DNA of 32,000 nucleotides. Origin: Erysipelotrichaceae bacterium (GTDB lineage Bacteria > Bacillota_I > Bacilli_A > Erysipelotrichales > Erysipelotrichaceae). The position numbers and the translations under genes were made by a program. The notes under the pieces were generated by a model. That model had not been told where the DNA came from and searched no databases. It saw only the letters and a program-made list of their open reading frames with translations. Location: positions 960,001 to 992,000 of the forward strand of contig OY760660.1 of the NCBI GenBank assembly GCA_963663995.1, given 5' to 3'. Shown one piece after another: positions 1 to 7,120 of this stretch (position 1 is the first letter of the stretch; every line of letters begins with the position of its first letter).

Positions 1-516
1 CCCTGGATTGTTATTCATCGCTGGCTAACTCTTACCTTTATCATTACAATCATTTGGCACGTACTAGATGTTGGTAGTATCTTAATCGAAAAATTTATTG
101 GTGGTTCAACTGTTGAAGCAGCCACCATTGAATCATTAAATATTGATGAGACGCTATTAGCAGTTGGTTTTGAAGGAAACAGCTACAATGATGGTACATA
201 TACAGGTAGTGCCCAAGGTTTTGGCGAAAATCTTACAGTTGAAGTAATCGTTCAGAATAATATTGTGATTAGTATTCAAATCGTCTCTCATAACGAGGAG
301 CGTTCACAATATTACTTACCAGCTTTCAATACTATTCCTAGTGAAATCATTGAAGCACAAAGCCTAAGTGTGGATACAGTTACAGGTTCTACATTCTCAA
401 GTGTGGGAATCATAAACGCTGTTAGAGATGCACTAACAAGTGCTATCGTTGAAGGCGACTTGGGACTTGACACAAGTTTACCAACACATAGTGAAGGCGG
501 AAGAAATAGACATTAA
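1..516 (+). CDS. FMN-binding domain protein, 5'-truncated by the window edge
   Basis: Frame 1 is open from nt 1 to the TAA at 514-516; the ORF track shows only the part after an internal Met at 265. The translation begins with a hydrophobic segment (HRWLTLTFIITIIWHVLD). It continues into GTYTGSAQGFGENLTVEV... and DTVTGSTFSS, which fits an FMN_bind-type domain and its D-x-x-(S/T)-G-(A/S)-T flavinylation motif. Confidence 0.6.
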   Translation, partial: PWIVIHRWLTLTFIITIIWHVLDVGSILIEKFIGGSTVEAATIESLNIDETLLAVGFEGNSYNDGTYTGSAQGFGENLTVEVIVQNNIVISIQIVSHNEERSQYYLPAFNTIPSEIIEAQSLSVDTVTGSTFSSVGIINAVRDALTSAIVEGDLGLDTSLPTHSEGGRNRH

Positions 517-553
517 GAAAAAGGAACTTATCTGATGGTAAGTTCCTTTTTTC
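517..553. terminator. Bidirectional intrinsic terminator between convergent genes
   Basis: Perfect 10-bp stem AAGGAACTTA (521-530) / TAAGTTCCTT (539-548) with an 8-nt loop. It is flanked by an A-run on the left and a T-run on the right, and sits between the stop at 516 (+) and the stop at 557 (-). Confidence 0.8.
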
Positions 554-556
554 GTC

Positions 557-1363
557 TTATTTAAATACTCTATTTAACGTATATTGACTGTCACTTATCA
601 AGGAATAAATAATGATTGTATCTAAATCAATAATTTGATAACGATATTCCCAAGACCATGCATCTCCACTATCTTCTTCCATCATAATGACCCCAAAGCT
701 ATTAGGAACATTCCAACCAAAATCACCACTTGTTGAAACTTGATAGAATACTTTACTAGCATCACCATTATTAAATCGTGGAATATCTGAATACAGTGTA
801 CCTTCATAAAATCTAAAATTATTTGTCCCATCTGTCCAATTATCCAAACCAATAATTTGTGGAAGATATTGGTGTTTGATCAATGTTTGATCAGAGTTAA
901 TAAATGGATGAATTGTAATAAAGGCCATTAATTCATTAAAGAAGGAAAATTCATTCTCCATATCAAATTTAAAGATTTGATCAACCGTATTAACACTCGT
1001 GCTATTTAAGATTAATTCAATCCCAGTTTTCATCTCATCAATTTCATTTTGATAAATATCTGTCCTTGAAAGTGAGTGATCAAAGTCAATCATCGCATCA
1101 ATAAAGAAAGCATCTTCATATAAGTCCATACCCTTATTGAAATAACATAAACCTTCTAAATCTACGACTTCAGGAAATAAACTTTTATCTACATTGGATT
1201 CACAATTGCTTGTGTCACCAGCTATAACTTTTGCCTCAAATTCATCGTAAATACCTTGATTTTCATCAATCAAATTTTGTTTTTGGATATTAGAAAAGAT
1301 GATAAATCCTGTAATCACAATGAGTGCAACAACTATCCCAATAATAACTTTTTTATTTTTCAT
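557..1363 (-). CDS. Hypothetical membrane-anchored protein (single N-terminal TM, unknown extracytoplasmic domain)
   Basis: The track ORF is 557-1399. I place the start at ATG 1363-1361 because AAGGGGG lies 8 nt upstream and the product then begins MKNKKVIIGIVVALIVITGFIIF, a signal-anchor-like segment. I recognise no catalytic motif. Confidence 0.6.
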   Translation of the reverse strand: MKNKKVIIGIVVALIVITGFIIFSNIQKQNLIDENQGIYDEFEAKVIAGDTSNCESNVDKSLFPEVVDLEGLCYFNKGMDLYEDAFFIDAMIDFDHSLSRTDIYQNEIDEMKTGIELILNSTSVNTVDQIFKFDMENEFSFFNELMAFITIHPFINSDQTLIKHQYLPQIIGLDNWTDGTNNFRFYEGTLYSDIPRFNNGDASKVFYQVSTSGDFGWNVPNSFGVIMMEEDSGDAWSWEYRYQIIDLDTIIIYSLISDSQYTLNRVFK

Positions 1364-1437
1364 ACTATCTGCCCCCTTTTCTTTTACGATAGACCACATA
1401 CCCTCACTTGTCTACCTACGATAAAGTGCAAGCTATA

Positions 1438-1463
1438 TAAAAAAGCCATATTTTCATATGACT
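1438..1463 (-). terminator. Intrinsic terminator downstream of the aminotransferase gene
   Basis: In the minus sense: AGUCAUAU GAAA AUAUGGCU (8 bp including one G-U pair) followed by UUUUUUAU. It lies 12 nt after the stop at 1475. Confidence 0.55.
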
Positions 1464-1474
1464 TTAATTAACGA

Positions 1475-2662
1475 TTAAGCAGTTCTCATTTCCTCAATTG
1501 CTTCACATAAACGTCTAATACCTTCAGTAATCTCATCAGGATCACCCGCTGTATAGTTTAAACGCATATTGGAATGAACTTTATTATCTGTATAGAATGG
1601 TGCCCCTGGAACAAAGACAACTTTTTTATCAGCTGCAGCAATGTCGAAGAGTTTCATCGCATCCATGCCTTCAGGTAAATTAACCCACAAGAACATGCCA
1701 CCTTCAGGTTTTGTAAAAGAACAATCACTTGGTAAATACTTTTCTAAAGCATCAACCATTGCCTGACGACGAACTTGGTAAAGTTCTGTAATCTTCGCAA
1801 TTTGTGCATCTAAGCTATGTTTAGTCACAAAGCGTTCAATCGCATATTGTGAAAGCATATTTGAATGTAAATCTGAACCTTGTTTTGCGATTAAGAGTTT
1901 ATCATAGATTGATTTAGGCGCAACAAGCCATCCTAAACGCATACCTGGTGAAACCACTTTAGAGAATGAACCCATCATGATTGTATGCTCAGGTAATAAC
2001 TTACGAATCGGTGTTCTATGTTTCCCGAAGAATCGTAATTCCCCATATGGATCATCTTCTACAATTACAACATTGCGATCTTCCATTAATGCTTTTAAAG
2101 CTTCACGTTTTTCTTCACTATAAGTTAAACCTGATGGATTTTGAAAATTAGGGACAAGATACATCAACTTAACATCATTTTCATCTAATACTTTACGTGC
2201 TTCTTCAATATCTAAACCATCCACTTCAAGTTTAACTTGATGATAGCTTGGTTCATATAAATCAAAGGCTTGAATTGCACCTAAATAAGCAGGATCTTCC
2301 ATCAAGACATGATCTTTTTTATTGATAAATACTTTACCAATTAAATCTAAAGCTTGTTGAGAACCATTAACAATTAGAATATCTTCTGGGTCAACTTCCA
2401 TGTCAAAACGTTTCTTATAACGATCTGCAATCCATTGTCTTAAAGGTAAGTAACCTTGAGAACCAGAATATTGAAGGACAGTCTTACCACTTTCACTCAT
2501 TATTTCTTGAAGTGCTTCTTGCATTTCCTTGACTGGGAAACTTTCTGGGTTTGGAAAACCACCTGAGAAAGAGATAATGCCAGGGGCACCTAAGTACTTA
2601 AGAATTTCTCTAACGAATGATTTTTTAGAATTTAAAATACGGTCTGAAAACTGTGGTTTCAT
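1475..2662 (-). CDS. PLP-dependent aminotransferase (fold type I, class I/II; substrate not assignable)
   Basis: 395 aa, with the SFSK PLP-lysine motif in MGSFSKVVSPGMRLGW and NPSG in PNFQNPSGLTYS. The SD GGAGGA lies 8 nt upstream. Only 37 nt separate it from asnB, with no hairpin, so co-transcription is likely. Confidence 0.85.
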   Translation of the reverse strand: MKPQFSDRILNSKKSFVREILKYLGAPGIISFSGGFPNPESFPVKEMQEALQEIMSESGKTVLQYSGSQGYLPLRQWIADRYKKRFDMEVDPEDILIVNGSQQALDLIGKVFINKKDHVLMEDPAYLGAIQAFDLYEPSYHQVKLEVDGLDIEEARKVLDENDVKLMYLVPNFQNPSGLTYSEEKREALKALMEDRNVVIVEDDPYGELRFFGKHRTPIRKLLPEHTIMMGSFSKVVSPGMRLGWLVAPKSIYDKLLIAKQGSDLHSNMLSQYAIERFVTKHSLDAQIAKITELYQVRRQAMVDALEKYLPSDCSFTKPEGGMFLWVNLPEGMDAMKLFDIAAADKKVVFVPGAPFYTDNKVHSNMRLNYTAGDPDEITEGIRRLCEAIEEMRTA

Positions 2663-2699
2663 AACTAATCCTCCAAATTATTTTTACTATTTTATCACA

Positions 2700-4277
2700 C
2701 TATTCGCCCGATTTATTGTAATTGGACAAATAACGTGCACTAGGATCAGTAATATCGTCTCCGACCCACTCATTGTTTGGCATCCAGAAGGATGGAATCA
2801 CTTTTTCATTGCCTTTGTAGAATTCTTCAAATAGATCTCTATACCAAAGCGCTTCCTTAGTATGAGGTGTGCAATATGGATATTTTGCAGCGGCAGCTGC
2901 TAAGTCTGCATCTGTATATTGTTTTTCAGCATAAGCTTTTAACTCATCAACCATCGAGTGTCCAACCGCATCTGAGAAAGCTGCTTTTTCACGCCATAGA
3001 ATACTTTCAGGTAAGAAATCACCTTCTTCAAATGCTTTACGTAAAAGGTATTTACCCATGCCCGTATGATTCATTTTGTGTTTTGGATCAATCGACATGA
3101 CATCTTTGACAAACGCTAAATCACCAAATGGTACACGTGCTTCTAAACAGTTCGCCGCAATACAACGATCAGCACGTAATACATCATAATAATAAAGTTC
3201 AGTTAAACGTTTTTCACTTTCTTTTTGGAAAGCTTCAGCACTTGGTGCAAAATCCGTATATTTATAACCAAATAGTTCATCTGAAATTTCGCCTGAAAGT
3301 AATACTTTAATATCTGTTTCTTCATGGATATATTTCGTTAATAAATACATCCCGACCGAAGCACGAACCGTCGTAATATCATAAGATTCTAAATAATAAA
3401 CAACATCTCTAACAGCTCCTAATACATCTTCAACAGACATTAAGACATCCGTATGATCTGAACCAATATGTTCAGCGACTTGTTTAGCATATTTTGAATC
3501 AATGGAATCAAGAGACATTCCAATTGAGAAAGTACGTAAAGGTTTATCACTCATTTGAGCGGCAATTGAACAAACCAAAGAAGAGTCTAAACCACCAGAA
3601 AGCAAGAAACCAACCGGTACATCAGACATAACCATCCGTTTTTCAACACCTTTAATCAACTTTTCTTTAATAGATGCTAAAGCCTGGCTTTCATCCAATA
3701 AAACATCATGTGTTTTTGTCACATCATAATATTGTCTAAATTCGCCATCGTCATAAACATAACCTGGAGGAAAAGGTGTAATCCCTTCACATAAATCTAA
3801 TAAACTCTTCATTTCTGAGGCAAAAGCAATCTTACCTGTTTCTTTTTGATAACCATAAAAGAGTGGACGAATACCAATCGGATCACGTCCCGCTAGAACT
3901 TTACCATTTCTTTTATCGACTAAAACAAAGGCAAATTCAGCATCTAAATCAACACACATATCACTGCCTTTGTCTAAATACAAAGGAATCAGTGTTTCAC
4001 AATCACTATGGCCATAAAAGGGATAATCTTTATAGCGATCGATAAGTTCTAATTCATTATAGATTTCACCATTTACCATCAAACGAATTTCTTCTACATC
4101 AAATGGTTGCATCCCATGTTCAGTGACATCCATAATCGCTAAACGATGAAAACCAAAGGTTCCAAATTCATCTTGAATAAGTCGTGACATATCTGGGCCA
4201 CGATGAACTAAACAACTATAATCTTTCTTAAAGGTATCAGAACTTTGTAAACCTTCATAAAATACAATTCCACACAT
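2700..4277 (-). CDS. asnB: Asparagine synthase (glutamine-hydrolysing)
   Basis: 525 aa. The N-terminus MCGIV carries the Cys2 nucleophile of class-II amidotransferases, and the PP-loop SGGLDSS is present. The SD AAGGAGAA lies upstream of the ATG. Confidence 0.92.
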   Translation of the reverse strand: MCGIVFYEGLQSSDTFKKDYSCLVHRGPDMSRLIQDEFGTFGFHRLAIMDVTEHGMQPFDVEEIRLMVNGEIYNELELIDRYKDYPFYGHSDCETLIPLYLDKGSDMCVDLDAEFAFVLVDKRNGKVLAGRDPIGIRPLFYGYQKETGKIAFASEMKSLLDLCEGITPFPPGYVYDDGEFRQYYDVTKTHDVLLDESQALASIKEKLIKGVEKRMVMSDVPVGFLLSGGLDSSLVCSIAAQMSDKPLRTFSIGMSLDSIDSKYAKQVAEHIGSDHTDVLMSVEDVLGAVRDVVYYLESYDITTVRASVGMYLLTKYIHEETDIKVLLSGEISDELFGYKYTDFAPSAEAFQKESEKRLTELYYYDVLRADRCIAANCLEARVPFGDLAFVKDVMSIDPKHKMNHTGMGKYLLRKAFEEGDFLPESILWREKAAFSDAVGHSMVDELKAYAEKQYTDADLAAAAAKYPYCTPHTKEALWYRDLFEEFYKGNEKVIPSFWMPNNEWVGDDITDPSARYLSNYNKSGE

Positions 4278-4299
4278 AACGGTTCTCCTTATTTATAAA

Positions 4300-4577
4300 A
4301 ATAAAAAAACAGTATTCTTCCCCTAGGGACGAAAACTGTACTGTTCCGCGGTGCCACCCTGATTACCTAATTGAATAGGTCTCTTTTTCAAGTTCCAATA
4401 AACTCGAGCCTTCATTTAACGGTAGGCCTCCGACACACCTTACTCCAAACACTTGTTTGTTTCAAATGCATACTCATAGGGGTTACAGCTCTAGCATTTC
4501 TGTGTTGACATTTCACCATGACTCAACTCGCTTATTCAGAAAACTTGATGTAGAACTACATATCCTATTCAACGTTT
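4300..4577 (-). promoter_or_regulatory. T-box riboswitch leader (probable tRNA-Asn specificity) with terminator/antiterminator
   Basis: The minus-sense sequence AAUCAGGGUGGCACCGCGG (about 4347-4365) matches the T-box core GGGUGGNACCGCG. An F-box CCGUUA sits at 4422-4417, and GGUGAAA and GCUAGAGC stem-I-like elements are present. GAAACAAAC at 4463-4455 holds two overlapping AAC triplets. The terminator AACAGUA...UACUGUU (4345-4308) is followed by UUUUUUU immediately upstream of the asnB SD. Confidence 0.85.
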
Positions 4578-4583
4578 GAACTG

Positions 4584-4612
4584 ATTATATCTATCTTTGT
4601 AAATTTTGTAAA
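4584..4612 (-). promoter_or_regulatory. Sigma-A-type promoter of the T-box/asnB operon
   Basis: In the minus sense: TTTACA (4612-4607), a 17-nt spacer, then TATAAT (4589-4584). Confidence 0.6.
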
Positions 4613-4641
4613 GTCTTTTTTCATTAATGTAAGAATTTACA

Positions 4642-5802
4642 TCATACCGAGAGCGAAATCATTTTTAAACGCTTTCTAAAAATAAAATACATGACAAGTG
4701 ATAGGGTGATAAATATAATCAATGATCTAAACATTAAGGCATAGCCTAAATGGTCAATTAGATAACCTGCCACTAAAGGTGAAAATAAATAACCAATATC
4801 AATCCCATAATAAGAAGTTGCGCTTGCTGCCCCACTTCTTGATCTTGGGACAGATTTCATACAAAGTGTTTGAACCAATGGTTGACATAAACCATAACCA
4901 AAGGCAAGTAGTATTGCGCCTAGTAAAAATCCGATTAGACTGGTTGAATAACTAAGCACAGCCACCGATATAATAAACATCACAATCGCAAAAGGTAAAA
5001 TTAAATATTCCTTAAAATACGTCGATAGTTTTCCTAAGAGTGGTCGCGAAAATAAAAGTGATAAAGCATTCACCGAGAAGAATAATCCGATATTGCTCAC
5101 TTTCACATCATCCGCAAACAAAGTGATATAAGCCGTAATCGTACTATAAGCCCCTGCCAGAAAAATCATCATACTCGCAGGAATAATTGCTTCAAGTGCA
5201 ATACTTTTTGAGACTTCAATCTTAAACGCTTTGCGTCTTTTCTTAGGGTATTCAACTTTGATACTTAAACTTAAGAAAACTGATATTAGCATAATGACTA
5301 AACCAAGAATGAAACTTGCTTGATAACCCAAACGTTGTGATAGTTCTAAACCAATATATGGTCCAACAGCTCCCGCCAAAGCTTGAAAGGTACCATAGTA
5401 GGCAATGGCTTCCATCAATCTTTCTTTTTCTACGATGTCAGCAAGTATACTTAAAGTCGCAACTGCCGTAAAAGCCATTCCACTTCCTTGAACTAACCTA
5501 AAAAAGATTAATGCATAAATACTTGATGAAAGACTATAGCCTAAGAAAGCCATACTAATAATCCCTAAAGAAAACGCTAGTATTTTAACTTTATTAAAAT
5601 GATCCACCATTGGACCAGATAATGATTTAAAAATAATGGCCGTAATCGTAAAGCTACTTAAAACAAAACCAATAAGCGTCGAACTGGCTCCTAAATCATT
5701 AGCATAACGTGGTAATAAAGTATTCAACATCAAAGATGCCATTGACATCACAAATGAAACGATACTGATTTTTAAATAATTTGTATTTTTAAATAAATCC
5801 AT
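4642..5802 (-). CDS. MFS transporter (substrate unknown)
   Basis: 386 aa and hydrophobic throughout, with roughly 12 TM-length segments by eye. The size and layout are typical of the major facilitator superfamily. The SD-like element (GAAGAG) is weak. Confidence 0.75.
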   Translation of the reverse strand: MDLFKNTNYLKISIVSFVMSMASLMLNTLLPRYANDLGASSTLIGFVLSSFTITAIIFKSLSGPMVDHFNKVKILAFSLGIISMAFLGYSLSSSIYALIFFRLVQGSGMAFTAVATLSILADIVEKERLMEAIAYYGTFQALAGAVGPYIGLELSQRLGYQASFILGLVIMLISVFLSLSIKVEYPKKRRKAFKIEVSKSIALEAIIPASMMIFLAGAYSTITAYITLFADDVKVSNIGLFFSVNALSLLFSRPLLGKLSTYFKEYLILPFAIVMFIISVAVLSYSTSLIGFLLGAILLAFGYGLCQPLVQTLCMKSVPRSRSGAASATSYYGIDIGYLFSPLVAGYLIDHLGYALMFRSLIIFITLSLVMYFIFRKRLKMISLSV

Positions 5803-5867
5803 AGCTCTTCAATCTTAGCACTAATTATGATTTAAAATCATTTATCCAGATAAATGGAATATTTTTT

Positions 5868-5897
5868 CAAAATAAAGGTAAGCTAAATCGCTTACCT
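5868..5897 (-). terminator. Intrinsic terminator after the ChrA pair
   Basis: Perfect 8-bp stem AGGTAAGC (5876-5883) / GCTTACCT (5890-5897) with a 6-nt loop. In the minus sense it is followed by UUUAUUUU. It lies 13 nt downstream of the stop at 5910. Confidence 0.7.
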
Positions 5898-5909
5898 AAT
5901 TAAGAACAT

Positions 5910-6455
5910 TTATAGAAAACTTAAAAAAATACCTAATGCTCCTCCTCCGAATATAAGAAATATCGGGGTAACTTTATATTTCTGCAATAAGAAATACGTT
6001 AGTGAAAATAAAGCAATCGCAAAGAAATTAATACTAAAGCTTGGCTCGATTCTAATAAGGGTAACAGTAATCATTTCATAGGCTGCATAAGCAATTAATG
6101 CTGTAACGGTAGGACGAATACCGTAGAATACTTTCAAAACAATTGGATGATCAGAGAAATGATGTAAGACTTTACCGACATACATCATAAAGGCTACACC
6201 TGTAACCAATACCGCAACCGATGCGATCACACCACCTAATATTCCAGCCGCTTTAAAACCTGCATACGTTGCCATATTTATCCCTATCGGACCTGGAGTT
6301 GATTCTGAGATAGCAATCATATCTATCAACATTGGCTTATCAAACCATGGATATTTTGCCGCTAAGTTATATAAGAATGGAAGGGTCGCAAGACCTCCCC
6401 CAACTGTAAAAGTTCCAACAATGAAGAACTCAAATATTAGAGTTAGATAAATCAT
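5910..6455 (-). CDS. chrA: Chromate transporter family protein (short CHR, second half of a pair)
   Basis: I place the start at ATG 6455-6453 (MIYLTLIFEFFIVGTFTVGGGLATLPFL), which forms an ATGA overlap with the upstream stop. The FxVGGG...LP motif and the fully hydrophobic ~180 aa are typical of monodomain CHR proteins. The longer track ORF (to 6572) would overlap the partner gene by 120 nt. Confidence 0.8.
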   Translation of the reverse strand: MIYLTLIFEFFIVGTFTVGGGLATLPFLYNLAAKYPWFDKPMLIDMIAISESTPGPIGINMATYAGFKAAGILGGVIASVAVLVTGVAFMMYVGKVLHHFSDHPIVLKVFYGIRPTVTALIAYAAYEMITVTLIRIEPSFSINFFAIALFSLTYFLLQKYKVTPIFLIFGGGALGIFLSFL

Positions 6456-6991
6456 GCTTTCACCACTTTTTGTCCAAAGATATTTCCAGAAATTGCTGCA
6501 ATAATAATTAATGGTATAGGATTCACTTTTAAGAAGGTAATAAGCACAAAAGCTAAGACGAAGGAAATCCATCCAAATAAATCAATAATTCCTGTTTTCC
6601 CCATTTTAACGGTAGTATGGACAATCAAAGCTGCTACGATAATGCGAATCGTAGAAAACATTGAAGCCACCCAAGGCAAAGTCATATACGGTTCTAAAAA
6701 CAAAGCAATCAGAGTAATGATAATGACCGATGGTAGTGCTGCAGACAAAGCCGCAACTGCTGCACCAGTTTTCTTGTGAATACGATAACCAATTAAAGCT
6801 GAAGTATTCATCGCGATAAGTCCCATACTGACTTGAGCAATCCCATAAAAATCCATCACTTCTTCAGATGTCACCCAGCCTTTTTTATCAACGATTTCTT
6901 TATCCACTATGGGCAGCATTGCATATCCACCACCAAAGGTAAAAAGACCAACTCTAAAGAATGCAATAAACATCTCAAACAATAACTTCAT
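6452..6991 (-). CDS. chrA: Chromate transporter family protein (short CHR, first half of a pair)
   Basis: I place the start at ATG 6991-6989 (MKLLFEMFIAFFRVGLFTFGGGYAMLP), preceded by GGAAAGG. The track start at 7015 is a TTG without an SD. Confidence 0.8.
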   Translation of the reverse strand: MKLLFEMFIAFFRVGLFTFGGGYAMLPIVDKEIVDKKGWVTSEEVMDFYGIAQVSMGLIAMNTSALIGYRIHKKTGAAVAALSAALPSVIIITLIALFLEPYMTLPWVASMFSTIRIIVAALIVHTTVKMGKTGIIDLFGWISFVLAFVLITFLKVNPIPLIIIAAISGNIFGQKVVKA

Positions 6992-7069
6992 ACAAACCTT
7001 TCCGTATGTAGACAAGCTCCTTATCTACCACATCCATCATACTGTACCATATTTCAAAATAAAATAAAA

Positions 7070-7111
7070 TTCTGAAATGTATTTTGAAGTAAAACTTCAG
7101 ACATTTCAGAA
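7070..7111. terminator. Compound bidirectional terminator hairpin after the P-type ATPase gene
   Basis: Perfect 11-bp outer stem TTCTGAAATGT (7070-7080) / ACATTTCAGAA (7101-7111) plus an inner 5-bp stem TGAAG/CTTCA. In the minus sense it is followed by UUUUAUUUU, and in the plus sense by CTTTTTT. Confidence 0.8.
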
Positions 7112-7120
7112 CTTTTTTAA

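Noticed and set aside
1256-1471. Plus-strand 71-aa ORF across the start of the 557-1363 gene; likewise 28247-28534 (+) and 31365-31550 (+)
   Set aside because: Each is antisense to or overlaps a supported minus-strand gene, has no SD and shows no motif.
2529-4045. Plus-strand ORFs 2529-2834, 2867-3100, 3128-3310 and 3863-4045, antisense to asnB and the aminotransferase
   Set aside because: They are antisense shadows of strongly supported genes, and they lack ribosome-binding sites.
4300-4580. Structured GC-richer patch upstream of asnB, considered as a tRNA or other small RNA gene
   Set aside because: It contains the T-box core, an F-box and a terminator but no cloverleaf, so it is a cis-acting leader rather than a separate RNA gene.
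6456-6572. Possible frameshifted or fused chrA pseudogene suggested by the 120-nt overlap of the two ChrA ORFs
   Set aside because: Using the internal ATG at 6455 gives a clean ATGA overlap and two ~180-aa monodomain CHR proteins, each with its own GGG motif. That is the normal paired arrangement, so there is no evidence of decay.
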